From Candidatus Poribacteria bacterium (GTDB lineage: Bacteria > Poribacteria > WGA-4E > WGA-3G): a stretch of 64,000 bases of DNA. The notes below the pieces were generated by a model. The model did no database searches and was not told the origin of the DNA. It saw nothing but the letters and a program-made list of their open reading frames with translations. Both the position numbers and the translations under genes were made by a program. Location: assembly GCA_965242965.1 (NCBI GenBank), contig OZ251518.1:5120001-5184000 (forward strand). The letters run 5' to 3'. Of the stretch, positions 1 to 9,681 are shown piece by piece. Positions within the stretch are counted from its first letter, which is position 1; each line of letters begins with the position of its first letter.

Positions 1-21
1 GACGCTAACCCCGAGCGGGTT

Positions 22-672
22 TTACGGTGCCCGGTCTTTTTCGGTGGAGAAAAATTTGTCGATACGCGGATCCGCCTTTTTCCAACTGAAGATAGTCAGG
101 TTATTCTGCGTGACACTATCCAGTTGCTGAATTAACCACTCATCCCCTTTCTTTACGAAATAGAGGTGTGTCTCGCCGGGAAACGCGCCTTTGTAGCAGT
201 TGTAGCCGACTGCGCTGGCTTCCTTCCGGCGAATCCAAAAGTCAGTTAACTGGGGAGACGTGCCCCATTTGGCACCTTTCGTTCCGATGCCGATCCACAA
301 TCCTTCGATACCGATTTTGACATCGTTCCAGCCTGCGGCAACAGGCACAGGCTCGTTCCCTGCGAAGATGGTGCCAAAGACAATGGAGCCGGTATCAAAC
401 GTTTCGGCGATTGCCTTGATGTCGTTATCGTTAAATGCCTCATAGAAGGCAGTGAAAACTTCTTGAAGCGCGGCTTTCTCCGCCTCAAAATCGATCGGTC
501 TGCTCGCAACAATCGGTCCCTCATCGTCGGAACTCGTCGCTGCGGGAGTCGCTGTCGGTGACTCGGCGGTTTCCTCTGCATCGTCGCTACCGCAGCCGAC
601 GATGCCGACGCTCATAATGCCCATCGCAAATAGGGCGATCAGAAGCGATGTAAACATGAATCGCAATTGCAT
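22..672 (-). CDS. Predicted lipoprotein, NTF2/SnoaL-like domain
   Basis: 216 aa; hydrophobic signal with lipobox IVGC, acidic linker, 'AFYEAFNDND...W.I' NTF2-like pattern; GGAGG RBS. Confidence 0.6.
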   Translation of the reverse strand: MQLRFMFTSLLIALFAMGIMSVGIVGCGSDDAEETAESPTATPAATSSDDEGPIVASRPIDFEAEKAALQEVFTAFYEAFNDNDIKAIAETFDTGSIVFGTIFAGNEPVPVAAGWNDVKIGIEGLWIGIGTKGAKWGTSPQLTDFWIRRKEASAVGYNCYKGAFPGETHLYFVKKGDEWLIQQLDSVTQNNLTIFSWKKADPRIDKFFSTEKDRAP

Positions 673-699
673 TTTTGCAAATTCCTCCTATTAAATTCA

Positions 700-794
700 C
701 TTGTCACATCTAAAAAGACGTAGTTAAACCCGTTTGCGCTCAGGCGAGCGCAAACTACAGAATGGCTTGTCACATCTAAAAAGATGCAGTTAAA
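700..794. repeat. GTAG-type palindrome flanked by a ~29 bp direct duplication (period 66)
   Basis: CTTGTCACATCTAAAAAGA at 700 and 766 around hairpin GTTTGCGCTC-AGGC-GAGCGCAAAC-TAC. Confidence 0.8.
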
Positions 795-823
795 TACTAT
801 TATACTTTATTTCCAAAAAAATG

Positions 824-2026
824 TCAAGTTAATCTTTTATCCCGAAGATCGATTGCCTGAATCACATCTGCAACCTGAATCTCCGACATGCATCCTTCCC
901 CACCAAATCGGCACGTGGTACCGAGGCACGGTGGACAGTCCGGCTTCTGTCGGAGTGTTTGACATTGCGCGCCGACGGGCCCAAACCGTCCCGGGTCACC
1001 GGGCCCGTAAAGTCCAATCGTCGGGATGCCAACCGCTGCGGCGAGGTGCATCGGACCGCTGTCGTTACCAATGAACAATTGACATAGTTGCAAGATTGAT
1101 GCCAGCTGTGTGAGACTGGTTTTTCCTGCGATATTGAATGACTTCTCTCGCATCAACGCTTGAATTTCCGCAATTATCGGCATTTCCGCATCGACACCCA
1201 CGAAAATAATTTTTGCACGTTTTTGTGCAACTAACCAATCCGCGAGTTTGGCATAGCGTTCGGGCCGCCACCTCTTCAGTGCAACCGGAGAGCCTGGGTG
1301 AATAGCAACCAGTGTTTCCCTCGTAGGAGGAGGCCCTGTCCCTCGCCGTGCCGCATGAACCTGTGGTTCCACCGTAGGGCGAGGGCCTGTCCCTCGCCAT
1401 GCCACATGAACCCCGCGCGCCGCAAGAAAATCCGCCGCCCATCTCTTATCTTCTGCCGTTACAGGAAACGTCGGCGTTTGCACCGGCGTTGGAATGCCTG
1501 CACGGTTGAGGACATCAAGGTTACGCGTAGTCTCGTGCGTGCCGCTAAATCGGGAAAATCCCAACTTATTAGCAACCTGCAGGGCGGCACGTCCGATCTG
1601 CTTCGGGGCAACCCGTAAAAGCGCGAAACAGACAATGCGCCAATCACCGCGGAGTTCCACTACCAACTCATATTTTTCGTGGCGCAGGCGGCGATAGAGT
1701 TGAACAGCCTCTAGCAACCGCGTCGGTTGTTCTCCCGTGCGACAAAAGAACGGTGAATTATATTCAATTACTTCATCTACCGCCGGTTGGTTCTCCAAAA
1801 CAACGCGGCTCCATTTGCCGGCGAGCGCGTGCAGTTCGGCGTTTGGATACGCCTGACGTAAATTGTCAAACACCGGTGTTGCGAGTAGGACATCGCCGAC
1901 GTGGTCCAACTTGATCACAAGGATGCGCTTGGGGATCCAGTCTTTCGGCATCCCTTTGCGATAGAATAGCCATTGCACAGCGGCGGCGGTTATCAGTGTG
2001 AGGGTTTCAAGCACATTCCGAAGCAC
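824..2026 (-). CDS. Glycosyltransferase family 9 (heptosyltransferase-like) with in-frame REP insertion
   Basis: RILVIKLDHVGDVLL, HPG..KRW, GNDSGPMHLAAA, GLYGP motifs. Confidence 0.9.
   Translation of the reverse strand: MLRNVLETLTLITAAAVQWLFYRKGMPKDWIPKRILVIKLDHVGDVLLATPVFDNLRQAYPNAELHALAGKWSRVVLENQPAVDEVIEYNSPFFCRTGEQPTRLLEAVQLYRRLRHEKYELVVELRGDWRIVCFALLRVAPKQIGRAALQVANKLGFSRFSGTHETTRNLDVLNRAGIPTPVQTPTFPVTAEDKRWAADFLAARGVHVAWRGTGPRPTVEPQVHAARRGTGPPPTRETLVAIHPGSPVALKRWRPERYAKLADWLVAQKRAKIIFVGVDAEMPIIAEIQALMREKSFNIAGKTSLTQLASILQLCQLFIGNDSGPMHLAAAVGIPTIGLYGPGDPGRFGPVGAQCQTLRQKPDCPPCLGTTCRFGGEGCMSEIQVADVIQAIDLRDKRLT
1323..1412 (+). repeat. Two REP copies (51 bp period) inside the GT9 CDS
   Basis: GTAGG(A/G)..AGG.CCTGTCCCTCGCC.TGCC.CATGAACC at 1323 and 1374; same family as the intergenic copies. 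Confidence 0.9.
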
Positions 2027-2039
2027 GTTCTATTTCCTC

Positions 2040-2645
2040 TTATGCCTCCTGTCTCACCATGCTGGCGAGAACGCCGAGAATCCTGTCGCACCGCTCCAGC
2101 GTGTAGATTCTCATATCAATGTGGAGAGTTTTGTCAACTAGTTTGAGGAAAAGCCAGTCTGTCCCGGATGTGATGGCCCCATAGATACGCGGGATGCTAT
2201 TTCCTTGTTCGGCGTTAAAGCGTTGCGCTGCTACCATCTCCGCAGCACACTGGGCAACGCCCAACTTCACGTCTGAGTTTTTTGCCGCAACAAGCGCGAT
2301 GACAGGTGCTTCCAACTCAAACGCCTCCGGCGACAAACTCACCAGAAAATCACATACCCCTGTCAATTCTTTGCTGGCATCGACATTGAAATCAATCCCC
2401 GAAAAAAGGCTGACACGATTGTCAAAGTGGATGCAAAGTTCAACGAGCACTTCGGAGATAATCAGTTCGGACTTCGCCTTCTCCGTGCCCATGGCGAGGG
2501 CGAAAGGCATATTTCGCTCTAACACCGCGGTGAGCAGCGCGCTCGGCTCAACCGGTTCAATGTCAGCGAAAATGCCCCACTTCCGGACCGTGTCAAGTTC
2601 AAACGTCTTCCGCACTTGTCCTAAGGTAAAGTTGCTATACGCCAT
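2040..2645 (-). CDS. Hypothetical protein, PD-(D/E)xK-like fold, paralogue 1 (ExK replaced by AAK)
   Basis: 201 aa, colinear with 2789..3394; GVCDF...VAAKN...AQCAAEM. Confidence 0.65.
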   Translation of the reverse strand: MAYSNFTLGQVRKTFELDTVRKWGIFADIEPVEPSALLTAVLERNMPFALAMGTEKAKSELIISEVLVELCIHFDNRVSLFSGIDFNVDASKELTGVCDFLVSLSPEAFELEAPVIALVAAKNSDVKLGVAQCAAEMVAAQRFNAEQGNSIPRIYGAITSGTDWLFLKLVDKTLHIDMRIYTLERCDRILGVLASMVRQEA

Positions 2646-2658
2646 GATGAGAACCTCA

Positions 2659-2779
2659 TGTTCGGAATGGAATTTTGACGTAGCGCGGGGGCCTGTCCCC
2701 CGCGAACCTCGCTACAAAGCATTCTGTTCGGAATGGAATTTTGACGTAGCGCGGGGGCCTGTCCCCCGCGAACCTCGCT
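2659..2779. repeat. Tandem 55 bp REP-containing duplication (period 66)
   Basis: TGTTCGGAATGGAATTTTGAC-GTAGCGCGGGGGCCTGTCCCCCGCG-AACCTCGCT at 2659 and 2725. Confidence 0.95.
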
Positions 2780-2788
2780 TACAGTGCT

Positions 2789-3394
2789 TCACGCCTCCTG
2801 TTTCACCATACTCGCAAGGATGCCGAGAAGCCTGTCGCACCTATCAATGGAATAGGCTGTCATGTCAATGGAGAGCTGCCTGCCTTCCAACTTAAGGAAT
2901 AGCCAATTCATCCCGGAGGTAGTCGCGCCGTAGACGCACGGAATGTCATTCCCGTGTTCGGCATTAAAGCGTTGCGCCGCCACCATCTCCGCAACACACT
3001 GCCCAAGCCCATCTTTGAGACTGTCTTTTTTTGCCTCCACTAGGACGATAACCGGTGCTGTCACAGAAAATTGATTCGGTGACAGGCTCACTAAAAAATC
3101 GCAAACCCCAGTCAACTCGTTTTTCGCATCAACGTTGAAGTCAACCCCCGAAAAGAGACTGATACGGCCTTCAAAATGCTCGCGGAGTTCAACCAGAATA
3201 TCGGTAACAATCATCTCCGATTTCGCCTTCTCGGTGCCAATCGCAATGGCGAGCGGGGCCTTTTTTGCCAATCCCGCGGAGAGATACTCACTCGGCACTA
3301 CCGGTGCCGCTTCGGCAAAAATACCAATAACCTGCAGGATTCCCAGGTCAAACGTTTCCTGCACAGAATCGAAGGTAAAACTGCTATATGGCAT
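2789..3394 (-). CDS. Hypothetical protein, PD-(D/E)xK-like fold, paralogue 2
   Basis: 201 aa; GVCDF...VEAKK...GQCVAEM...TTSG..W.F. Confidence 0.65.
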   Translation of the reverse strand: MPYSSFTFDSVQETFDLGILQVIGIFAEAAPVVPSEYLSAGLAKKAPLAIAIGTEKAKSEMIVTDILVELREHFEGRISLFSGVDFNVDAKNELTGVCDFLVSLSPNQFSVTAPVIVLVEAKKDSLKDGLGQCVAEMVAAQRFNAEHGNDIPCVYGATTSGMNWLFLKLEGRQLSIDMTAYSIDRCDRLLGILASMVKQEA

Positions 3395-3518
3395 TATGAG
3401 AAAACCTCCCAGATACTATCTCATTTTTAGTATACCTGATTTTTCAGCGAAATGCAAGGAAATTAATAGTGCCTGATTTTTTCTGTGAAAATCAATATTG
3501 TTCCGCGAGAAAACTACC

Positions 3519-3547
3519 TTGCATCAACTGACAAAATTTGCTATACT
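3519..3547 (+). promoter_or_regulatory. Sigma70-type promoter
   Basis: TTGCAT-N17-TATACT with TG extended -10, 21 nt before ATG 3569. Confidence 0.6.
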
Positions 3548-3568
3548 ATCTGCAGGCGGGAACGAAAT

Positions 3569-6118
3569 ATGCAGTTTATCAAACACTTTTCAGAAATTAT
3601 GGACGAAGACCTCGGGCATGTCGGCGGAAAAGCACTCAACCTCGGCAAATTGACGCGCGCCGGATTTGCTGTCCCTAACGGGTTCTGTCTCACAACAGAT
3701 GCCTATCGGTTTTCGGTGAAAGACGTGCCAGAAGTTGCAAAAGACATCGCGTTGGCACCCGCACTTATCGCCGCAATTCAGGACGCGCGCGCGCGGTTGC
3801 AGACAGATACCGTCGCAGTCCGTTCCAGTGCAACCGCCGAAGACCTGGGGGATGCTAGCTTCGCCGGACAACAGGATACATTCCTCAACGTTACCGACGA
3901 CACGCTATTGGATGCTGTGAAGGCGTGCTGGGCATCCCTCCGCTCTTCACGTGCAATCGCCTATCGGCAAACACAAGGCATCTCCGAGGAAGACTTGGCG
4001 ATGGCGGTTGTCGTGCAAGAGATGTGTCCTGCCGAAGTTGCCGGCGTGCTGTTCACGGTAAGTCCTTTTGACGAAAATGTCTGCATCATTGAATCCAATT
4101 GGGGACTCGGCGAATCGGTCGTCTCCGGCGAAATTACGCCTGACAACTTCCATGTCGCGCGGGAAACAGGTGAGGTTATCAAAAAAACGGTTGCGAAAAA
4201 AACGGAGATGGTCAGCGCGTTTTGTAAGCGCGCCCCAGTGCCTCTTGCGAAACAGGACATACCGAGCCTCACAGACGCACAACTGAAATCCCTCGCTAAA
4301 CTCGGCATGCAGGTAGAGGCATTTTACGGACAACCGATGGATGTTGAATGGGCTTTTGCTGACAGCGAATTGTTCTTGCTGCAGGCGAGAACTATTACAG
4401 GACAGAAAAAAGCGGCGCGCTTGCAATGCATGTCTATGGGAACTACGGAAGCTGTGGAAAAACTGCGCCAAGAGGAAATCCGCCGCCTAGAAAAACGCGC
4501 CGATAAACACGGCACCGTCTGGTGTCATCACAACATCGCCGAGGTTCTGCCCGCGCCGTTGCCGATGACATGGGAAATCGTCAAGGAATTTATGTCGGGC
4601 AACGGTGGCTTAGGCATTGCGTATCGCAATTTAGGTTACTATCCCAGCGCGCGCGTGGATACAATGGGCATCCTTGACTTGGTTTGCGGCCGCATCTACG
4701 TCAACCTAAACCGAGAAACCGAACTCTATTTTGACGGCTACCCCCTCGCGCACGATTTTGAAACACTGAAACGGGAACCGCAAAAGGCGATGTACGCGCA
4801 AGCCGCACCGAATATCCGTCACAGCTCCGCTTCGTTTTGGTTCAAACTCCCGATACACCTCGTGCGGATGAGTAGTGCGGAATTACGTCTACGCAAACAA
4901 CGTCTCGATTTTGACAGGCGGTTGACAGAGCAAGTATTCCCGCAGTTCCAAGCGACAGTTAAAACGGAGTGGAACATCACCTATCCCCACCTGTCCGATA
5001 CGGAAGTGGTGGAGAAGTTCCAGGAATGGCGCACCAAAACCTTGCGCGAATTCGCACCACAGGCACTGATGGCGACGCTCCTCGCAGGATTTTCACTGCA
5101 GCGGCTAGAGACAGGATTCGCAAAGTGTCTCGATGAAACCGAAGCGAAGGGACTCACACAACAACTCATCACCGGTTTATCGGGCAACCTCACCGTCGAA
5201 ACGAATGAAAAATTGTGGCAAGTAGCAGTGGGAACCCTTTCTCTTAACGAATTCTTGGCGGAGGCCGGACATCGCGCTGTCGGTGAATTTGAATTGGCGC
5301 AACCGCGCTGGCGCGAGGATACGAGTTATCTTGAGCAGATTATCGCTTCTTTTCGGACGCGCTTGAAAGATGATAGAAAGAACGCGCGCGTTGCAAACGG
5401 TGAAGGTGCCTCTCAACAACGCGAAGAAGCAGAAAACCGCCTCGCCGAGTTGCTGAAAAATAAAAAGAACTTGTGGAAACAGATTGGGGAAGAACTCGCG
5501 TTCACACGCCGTTATATGCCGTTTCGCGAAACGGCGAAATTTTATCTCATGCTCGGTTATGAGCAAATTCGGCGCGCTTTAGTAGAACTTGACAGGCGGT
5601 ATCAACTCAATGGCGGCATTTTCTATCTGGTGCCAGATGAATTAACTCGGCTTATCAACGGTGAAGATTTTAGCCGCATCATTGCAGAACGCAAATCACA
5701 GCGAGATGCCTTGCTACAGATTGAACTTCCCGATGTCCTCTTTAGCGATTCCCTAATGGAAAAGTTGTCTGATGAAGAGACAGCGCAAACCTCGCCTACG
5801 CATGCGTATACCGGCGTGGGCATCTCCGCGGGCGTAGCGACAGGCCCCGCGCGTGTGCTTTTGGACCCGGGGGATGTCCATCCGAAAGACCGGGGATACA
5901 TTCTGGTGTGTCCCTCGACAGACCCGGGGTGGACACCGCTCTTTCTGCACGCCGCGGGGTTAGTCATGGAGCGCGGCGGTATGTTATCGCACGGCGCGGT
6001 AGTAGCACGAGAATACGGCATTCCCGCCATCGCCAACATCCCGAACGCAACCCGAAACATCGCTGATGGACAGCAACTCCACATCGATGGAAACCGAGGC
6101 ACTGTATCTATTGGCTAG
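3569..6118 (+). CDS. PEP-utilising phosphotransferase (PPDK_N ATP-grasp + central domain + C-terminal swivelling His domain; rifamycin phosphotransferase-like architecture)
   Basis: VGGKA, AVRSSATAED, SFAGQ, DVEWA, LLQAR; TDPGWTPLF, SHGAVVAREYGIPA; start moved to ATG 3569. Confidence 0.85.
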   Translation: MQFIKHFSEIMDEDLGHVGGKALNLGKLTRAGFAVPNGFCLTTDAYRFSVKDVPEVAKDIALAPALIAAIQDARARLQTDTVAVRSSATAEDLGDASFAGQQDTFLNVTDDTLLDAVKACWASLRSSRAIAYRQTQGISEEDLAMAVVVQEMCPAEVAGVLFTVSPFDENVCIIESNWGLGESVVSGEITPDNFHVARETGEVIKKTVAKKTEMVSAFCKRAPVPLAKQDIPSLTDAQLKSLAKLGMQVEAFYGQPMDVEWAFADSELFLLQARTITGQKKAARLQCMSMGTTEAVEKLRQEEIRRLEKRADKHGTVWCHHNIAEVLPAPLPMTWEIVKEFMSGNGGLGIAYRNLGYYPSARVDTMGILDLVCGRIYVNLNRETELYFDGYPLAHDFETLKREPQKAMYAQAAPNIRHSSASFWFKLPIHLVRMSSAELRLRKQRLDFDRRLTEQVFPQFQATVKTEWNITYPHLSDTEVVEKFQEWRTKTLREFAPQALMATLLAGFSLQRLETGFAKCLDETEAKGLTQQLITGLSGNLTVETNEKLWQVAVGTLSLNEFLAEAGHRAVGEFELAQPRWREDTSYLEQIIASFRTRLKDDRKNARVANGEGASQQREEAENRLAELLKNKKNLWKQIGEELAFTRRYMPFRETAKFYLMLGYEQIRRALVELDRRYQLNGGIFYLVPDELTRLINGEDFSRIIAERKSQRDALLQIELPDVLFSDSLMEKLSDEETAQTSPTHAYTGVGISAGVATGPARVLLDPGDVHPKDRGYILVCPSTDPGWTPLFLHAAGLVMERGGMLSHGAVVAREYGIPAIANIPNATRNIADGQQLHIDGNRGTVSIG

Positions 6119-6166
6119 CACCGCCATCAACGTAGGACGAGGAGATGCCCCTCGCAGACTAGAACC

Positions 6167-7288
6167 ATGAACATCAACCACAGCGAATTTGTTGGCAATT
6201 GGAGCCGAGATTCCCGCTACACAACCGAAACCTACACCCGCAAACGCCAAAGCATTCGGCAAAAGACGCGGAAATCGTTCCTCATCTCCCTCATCATCCA
6301 CGCCATCGCGCTCGGCGTGGTGAGTTTCAGTTACATCCGGTGGTATCATCCCGTGCAGCCTTCTGAACCGCTCGTCTCTGAGGCAATCGAGGTGACGAAT
6401 GTCCCGCGCTTTCACGTGACGAGTCCCCAGAAACGCTCAATGTTTACGGCGAGACGTTCCACACCTACCTTACCCACCGTGACTGCCGGCGCAGATGCGC
6501 CTATGCGGCCGACCCCGGCATCTAGTAGTTCTCGGATGCTGATGCCTGGCACAGACGCGCGACTCCCGATGGCAGAAACATCGCTGAGCGAACAGACGAC
6601 AAAAACACCGGCGTGGAAATCGCTTGGCACCTCCTCGGCGCAAGTGCCTACCCTGCAGCGTAATCCTGTCCATCGGCGCGGGCAACAGCGCGCAACTGTC
6701 ACAGCCGAACCCGCAAGCGCGGCAGCACCCGTTGACAGAGATGCAGAAATGGGCGAAGCACTAGAGGGCATCGCCGAAAGCATCGCGGACAGCAACGGTG
6801 AGCCTGTCACTGTCGACATTGTTTTTTTGCTTGACATTAGTGGCAGTATGATAGATAATATCCGTGCTGTCGGTAGACAACTGAGTCAGATGGTAGAGGT
6901 ATTTGAAAAGAAAAACGTTGATTTCACCCTCGGCATCGTGATTTTCAGATACCTTGAGGACGATACCATTATCCACCCGCAAACGCGGGATGTGGAGAGA
7001 TATAAGCGGCTGTTGACTTCGCACGTCGTCGCGGCGGCGGGAGATGAGCGCGCGCATAACGCCATCATCAAAACAATTCGTCGCGTCAATTTTCGTCAAG
7101 GCGTAAATCGCCGATTCGTCCTCGTCACCGATGAAGCGAGCAAAGGTTCTTACTCGCTATCCGATGTGCTGGTGCAGTGTTTGCAACAGAAAATTGTCGT
7201 TGATGTCATCGGCATTAACCACACGACGCACAAGGCTTTAACCGTTAAAACTGGGGGACTCTGGTTTCCCATTCCAAAACAACTGTAA
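6167..7288 (+). CDS. Membrane-anchored vWA domain protein
   Basis: SLIIH TM anchor, P/T/A-rich linker, MIDAS DISGS, LVTDE. Confidence 0.85.
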   Translation: MNINHSEFVGNWSRDSRYTTETYTRKRQSIRQKTRKSFLISLIIHAIALGVVSFSYIRWYHPVQPSEPLVSEAIEVTNVPRFHVTSPQKRSMFTARRSTPTLPTVTAGADAPMRPTPASSSSRMLMPGTDARLPMAETSLSEQTTKTPAWKSLGTSSAQVPTLQRNPVHRRGQQRATVTAEPASAAAPVDRDAEMGEALEGIAESIADSNGEPVTVDIVFLLDISGSMIDNIRAVGRQLSQMVEVFEKKNVDFTLGIVIFRYLEDDTIIHPQTRDVERYKRLLTSHVVAAAGDERAHNAIIKTIRRVNFRQGVNRRFVLVTDEASKGSYSLSDVLVQCLQQKIVVDVIGINHTTHKALTVKTGGLWFPIPKQL

Positions 7289-7321
7289 GCGCGCCCTTCC
7301 GGGCTCAAAGGAGAATCATCA

Positions 7322-8089
7322 ATGAAATGGTCACTGAATACGTATCAAACGTGCCAAGATTGGGAACTTGAACAGATACTTGAAACCGCTGAGGCTACCG
7401 GGTATCACGGCGTTGAATTCTTAATGGATTACAAACAGAAGCACGGCTTTGAGTGGGACACGCCGCGCGCCGAATGGGGCCGCTTAAAGGCACACGTTGA
7501 CGTTAGCGGCGTGGTTATCTCATCGCTGACGAGCTGCCAGAATTTCCACGCCGAAGCCCCCGAAGACAGGAAAGAGAGCGTCCGTCGTATCACACGCGTC
7601 ATTGACATGGCGGAATTTATGGGCTGTGCTCATGTCCGTGTCCTTGGCGATAGATATACCGATGAAACGAAGGAAGCCGTCATCGGTTATGTCACTGAAG
7701 GGTTGAAGCAACTCGGTAACCACGCCGGCCCGAAGGACATTACCGTCTCTATTGAGATGCACGGCTCTTTCACCGACCCGGGTTCGGCGATGCGCGTCAT
7801 TGAGGCGGTGAACCTGCCGAACGTCGGCTTCGTCTTCAACTCACAATTTGTCGGATGCGAGGCGGGCAGCATTGAACCGCTGTTTTCGCGCGTGGCACCG
7901 CATATCACTGCCGTGCATACGCACCGCGTCGAAGAACCAGCGACGTTTGAGCTCTATCGACAGATGTTTGAATGGCTCAACCGCATCGGTTTTTCGGGTT
8001 ACATTTCCAACGAGTGCGCGTATACAGGGCCAGACCCGGAGAAGGTCCTCGCGCTTTATGTTGGACTGTTCAAAGCGTTTATCCCGTAG
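7322..8089 (+). CDS. Sugar phosphate isomerase/epimerase (xylose isomerase-like TIM barrel)
   Basis: GYHGVE, IEMHG, VHTH, GFSGYISNE. Confidence 0.85.
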   Translation: MKWSLNTYQTCQDWELEQILETAEATGYHGVEFLMDYKQKHGFEWDTPRAEWGRLKAHVDVSGVVISSLTSCQNFHAEAPEDRKESVRRITRVIDMAEFMGCAHVRVLGDRYTDETKEAVIGYVTEGLKQLGNHAGPKDITVSIEMHGSFTDPGSAMRVIEAVNLPNVGFVFNSQFVGCEAGSIEPLFSRVAPHITAVHTHRVEEPATFELYRQMFEWLNRIGFSGYISNECAYTGPDPEKVLALYVGLFKAFIP

Positions 8090-8243
8090 TGCGCGGGCCT
8101 GTCTCGCGTTCCCACAATCCGCATAATCGTAGTGCGCGGGCCTGTCCCGCGCAAGTTCATAATCCGCATACTCGTAGTGCGCGGGCCTGTCCCGCGCAAG
8201 TTCAGAATCGGATACCCGTAGTGCACTAGGCCTGTCCCGCGCA
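8086..8243 (+). repeat. Four tandem REP copies (43-46 bp period)
   Basis: GTAGTGCGCGGGCCTGTCCCGCGC-like units at 8086, 8129, 8175, 8218; first GTAG contains the upstream stop codon. Confidence 0.9.
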
Positions 8244-8261
8244 AACTCACAATCGAAAAAA

Positions 8262-9611
8262 ATGCATCACCCACAACCCGCGCACCTCTATCAACGCGTC
8301 CCGATTCCAGAGGCGTTTCTAAACGAAACGTGGGGCGGCGACATCCGCATCGGCGATTTGACAGGGGATGGTAACGTCGATTTTCTCGTTTACAAATCAC
8401 TGGGCGGCATTCATCCCTGTTTTCTCGGCGCGTTCACACTGGAAGGCGAACCCCTCTGGTCCCGCGGCGACAAGCATCTGACTATTCCAGATGCAGATGC
8501 CGCGGGAACACATTTGGAAACGCTTTCTCCGGACAGGCCTGGTCCCGTCGCGATTTACGATATTGATGCCGATGGACAAGCCGAGGTTATCTGCTTTTGG
8601 GTGGATGCAGATGCAACAACGGTAAGCAAATGGAATCTCGCCGAAATTCGCCTGCTGATATTAGACGGCGCGACCGGCGAAATTAAACGCACTGCCGCGC
8701 CCGATGCACTCCAACAGTGCAACGCTTACGCCGAAGGCGAACTGCACATCCCTAATTACGTGCATCAGCGGTTGATGATTGCCAATCTCACAGGAAACAC
8801 GCAGCCGCAGGACTTCGTCGTCAAAGTCGGGGTGAAGGTGCTTGCATTTAACCACAAACTTGAGCTCCTGTGGCAGTATACCGATAAGTGGTTCCGTTAT
8901 CCAAAACACTCGGCGTATATTCCCGCTGTCGGCGACTTGAACGGCGATGGCCTTGATGAGGTTAATGGCGGCAACTTCGGACTCGCCGCCGATGGGACGG
9001 TGCTGTGGGATACCTACTTCAGCGATAACATGGACTCTGTTTTAGTTGAGGAATGGAACAACGAAAAAGCCGCCATCCTCTCCGGCGGCGGACAGGTGCT
9101 AGATAGTAGCGGCACGCCGATTCTTTCATTAGGCTCTGAAACAGTGCCACATGGACAAGAAATTCGGTGCGGTAACCTCCTCCCGGGTTCCCCGGGGCGA
9201 GAGCTCGTTATCCGCTATAACGGGCATCATCCAGAACTGATGGTAGTGGATAACAGCGGACAGATTCGGAGCAGATTTCGCGTTGATGAATCGCCGAACA
9301 ATACCGGGTTAGAGGTAATCCGCTGGCATGGACATGGTAACGCCGAACTGATTTATAGTCCCGCCGCCCTTTACGATGGCGATGGAAATAAGGTGGTGAC
9401 GTTCCCTGAACTTCCGCCGCCGAGTGGCGGTAAGATGGGATGGTATCACTGCTTCCCTGCCGATGTGTGCGGCGACGAACGCGAAGAGGTTATCCTCTAT
9501 GAGCCCTATAGTGATGCGATTTATATCTACACACCGAACCCCTTTAACCCGAGTCAGTTTCGCGGCTATACGCATACAGCACGGCAATACAACGCACGGC
9601 TCATGGATTAA
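8262..9611 (+). CDS. FG-GAP/Ca-binding repeat beta-propeller protein (rhamnogalacturonan lyase 11-like)
   Basis: GDLTGDGNVD, YDIDADGQAE, GDLNGDGLDE, ADVCGDEREE repeats. Confidence 0.7.
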   Translation: MHHPQPAHLYQRVPIPEAFLNETWGGDIRIGDLTGDGNVDFLVYKSLGGIHPCFLGAFTLEGEPLWSRGDKHLTIPDADAAGTHLETLSPDRPGPVAIYDIDADGQAEVICFWVDADATTVSKWNLAEIRLLILDGATGEIKRTAAPDALQQCNAYAEGELHIPNYVHQRLMIANLTGNTQPQDFVVKVGVKVLAFNHKLELLWQYTDKWFRYPKHSAYIPAVGDLNGDGLDEVNGGNFGLAADGTVLWDTYFSDNMDSVLVEEWNNEKAAILSGGGQVLDSSGTPILSLGSETVPHGQEIRCGNLLPGSPGRELVIRYNGHHPELMVVDNSGQIRSRFRVDESPNNTGLEVIRWHGHGNAELIYSPAALYDGDGNKVVTFPELPPPSGGKMGWYHCFPADVCGDEREEVILYEPYSDAIYIYTPNPFNPSQFRGYTHTARQYNARLMD

Positions 9612-9681
9612 AGGAGTCGTAAGGGAGGATTTCTATATCCGTTCGCCTCTACAAACACACTGAATTCGGAATCAAAACATC

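Noticed and set aside
2194-2895. Long antisense ORFs (also 22593..23240, 30645..31511, 47766..48545, 55988..56743)
   Set aside because: Shadows of well-supported genes on the opposite strand.
8086-8243. Possible CRISPR array
   Set aside because: The repeats are GTAG REPs, the spacers are ~20 bp and similar to each other, and no cas genes are present.
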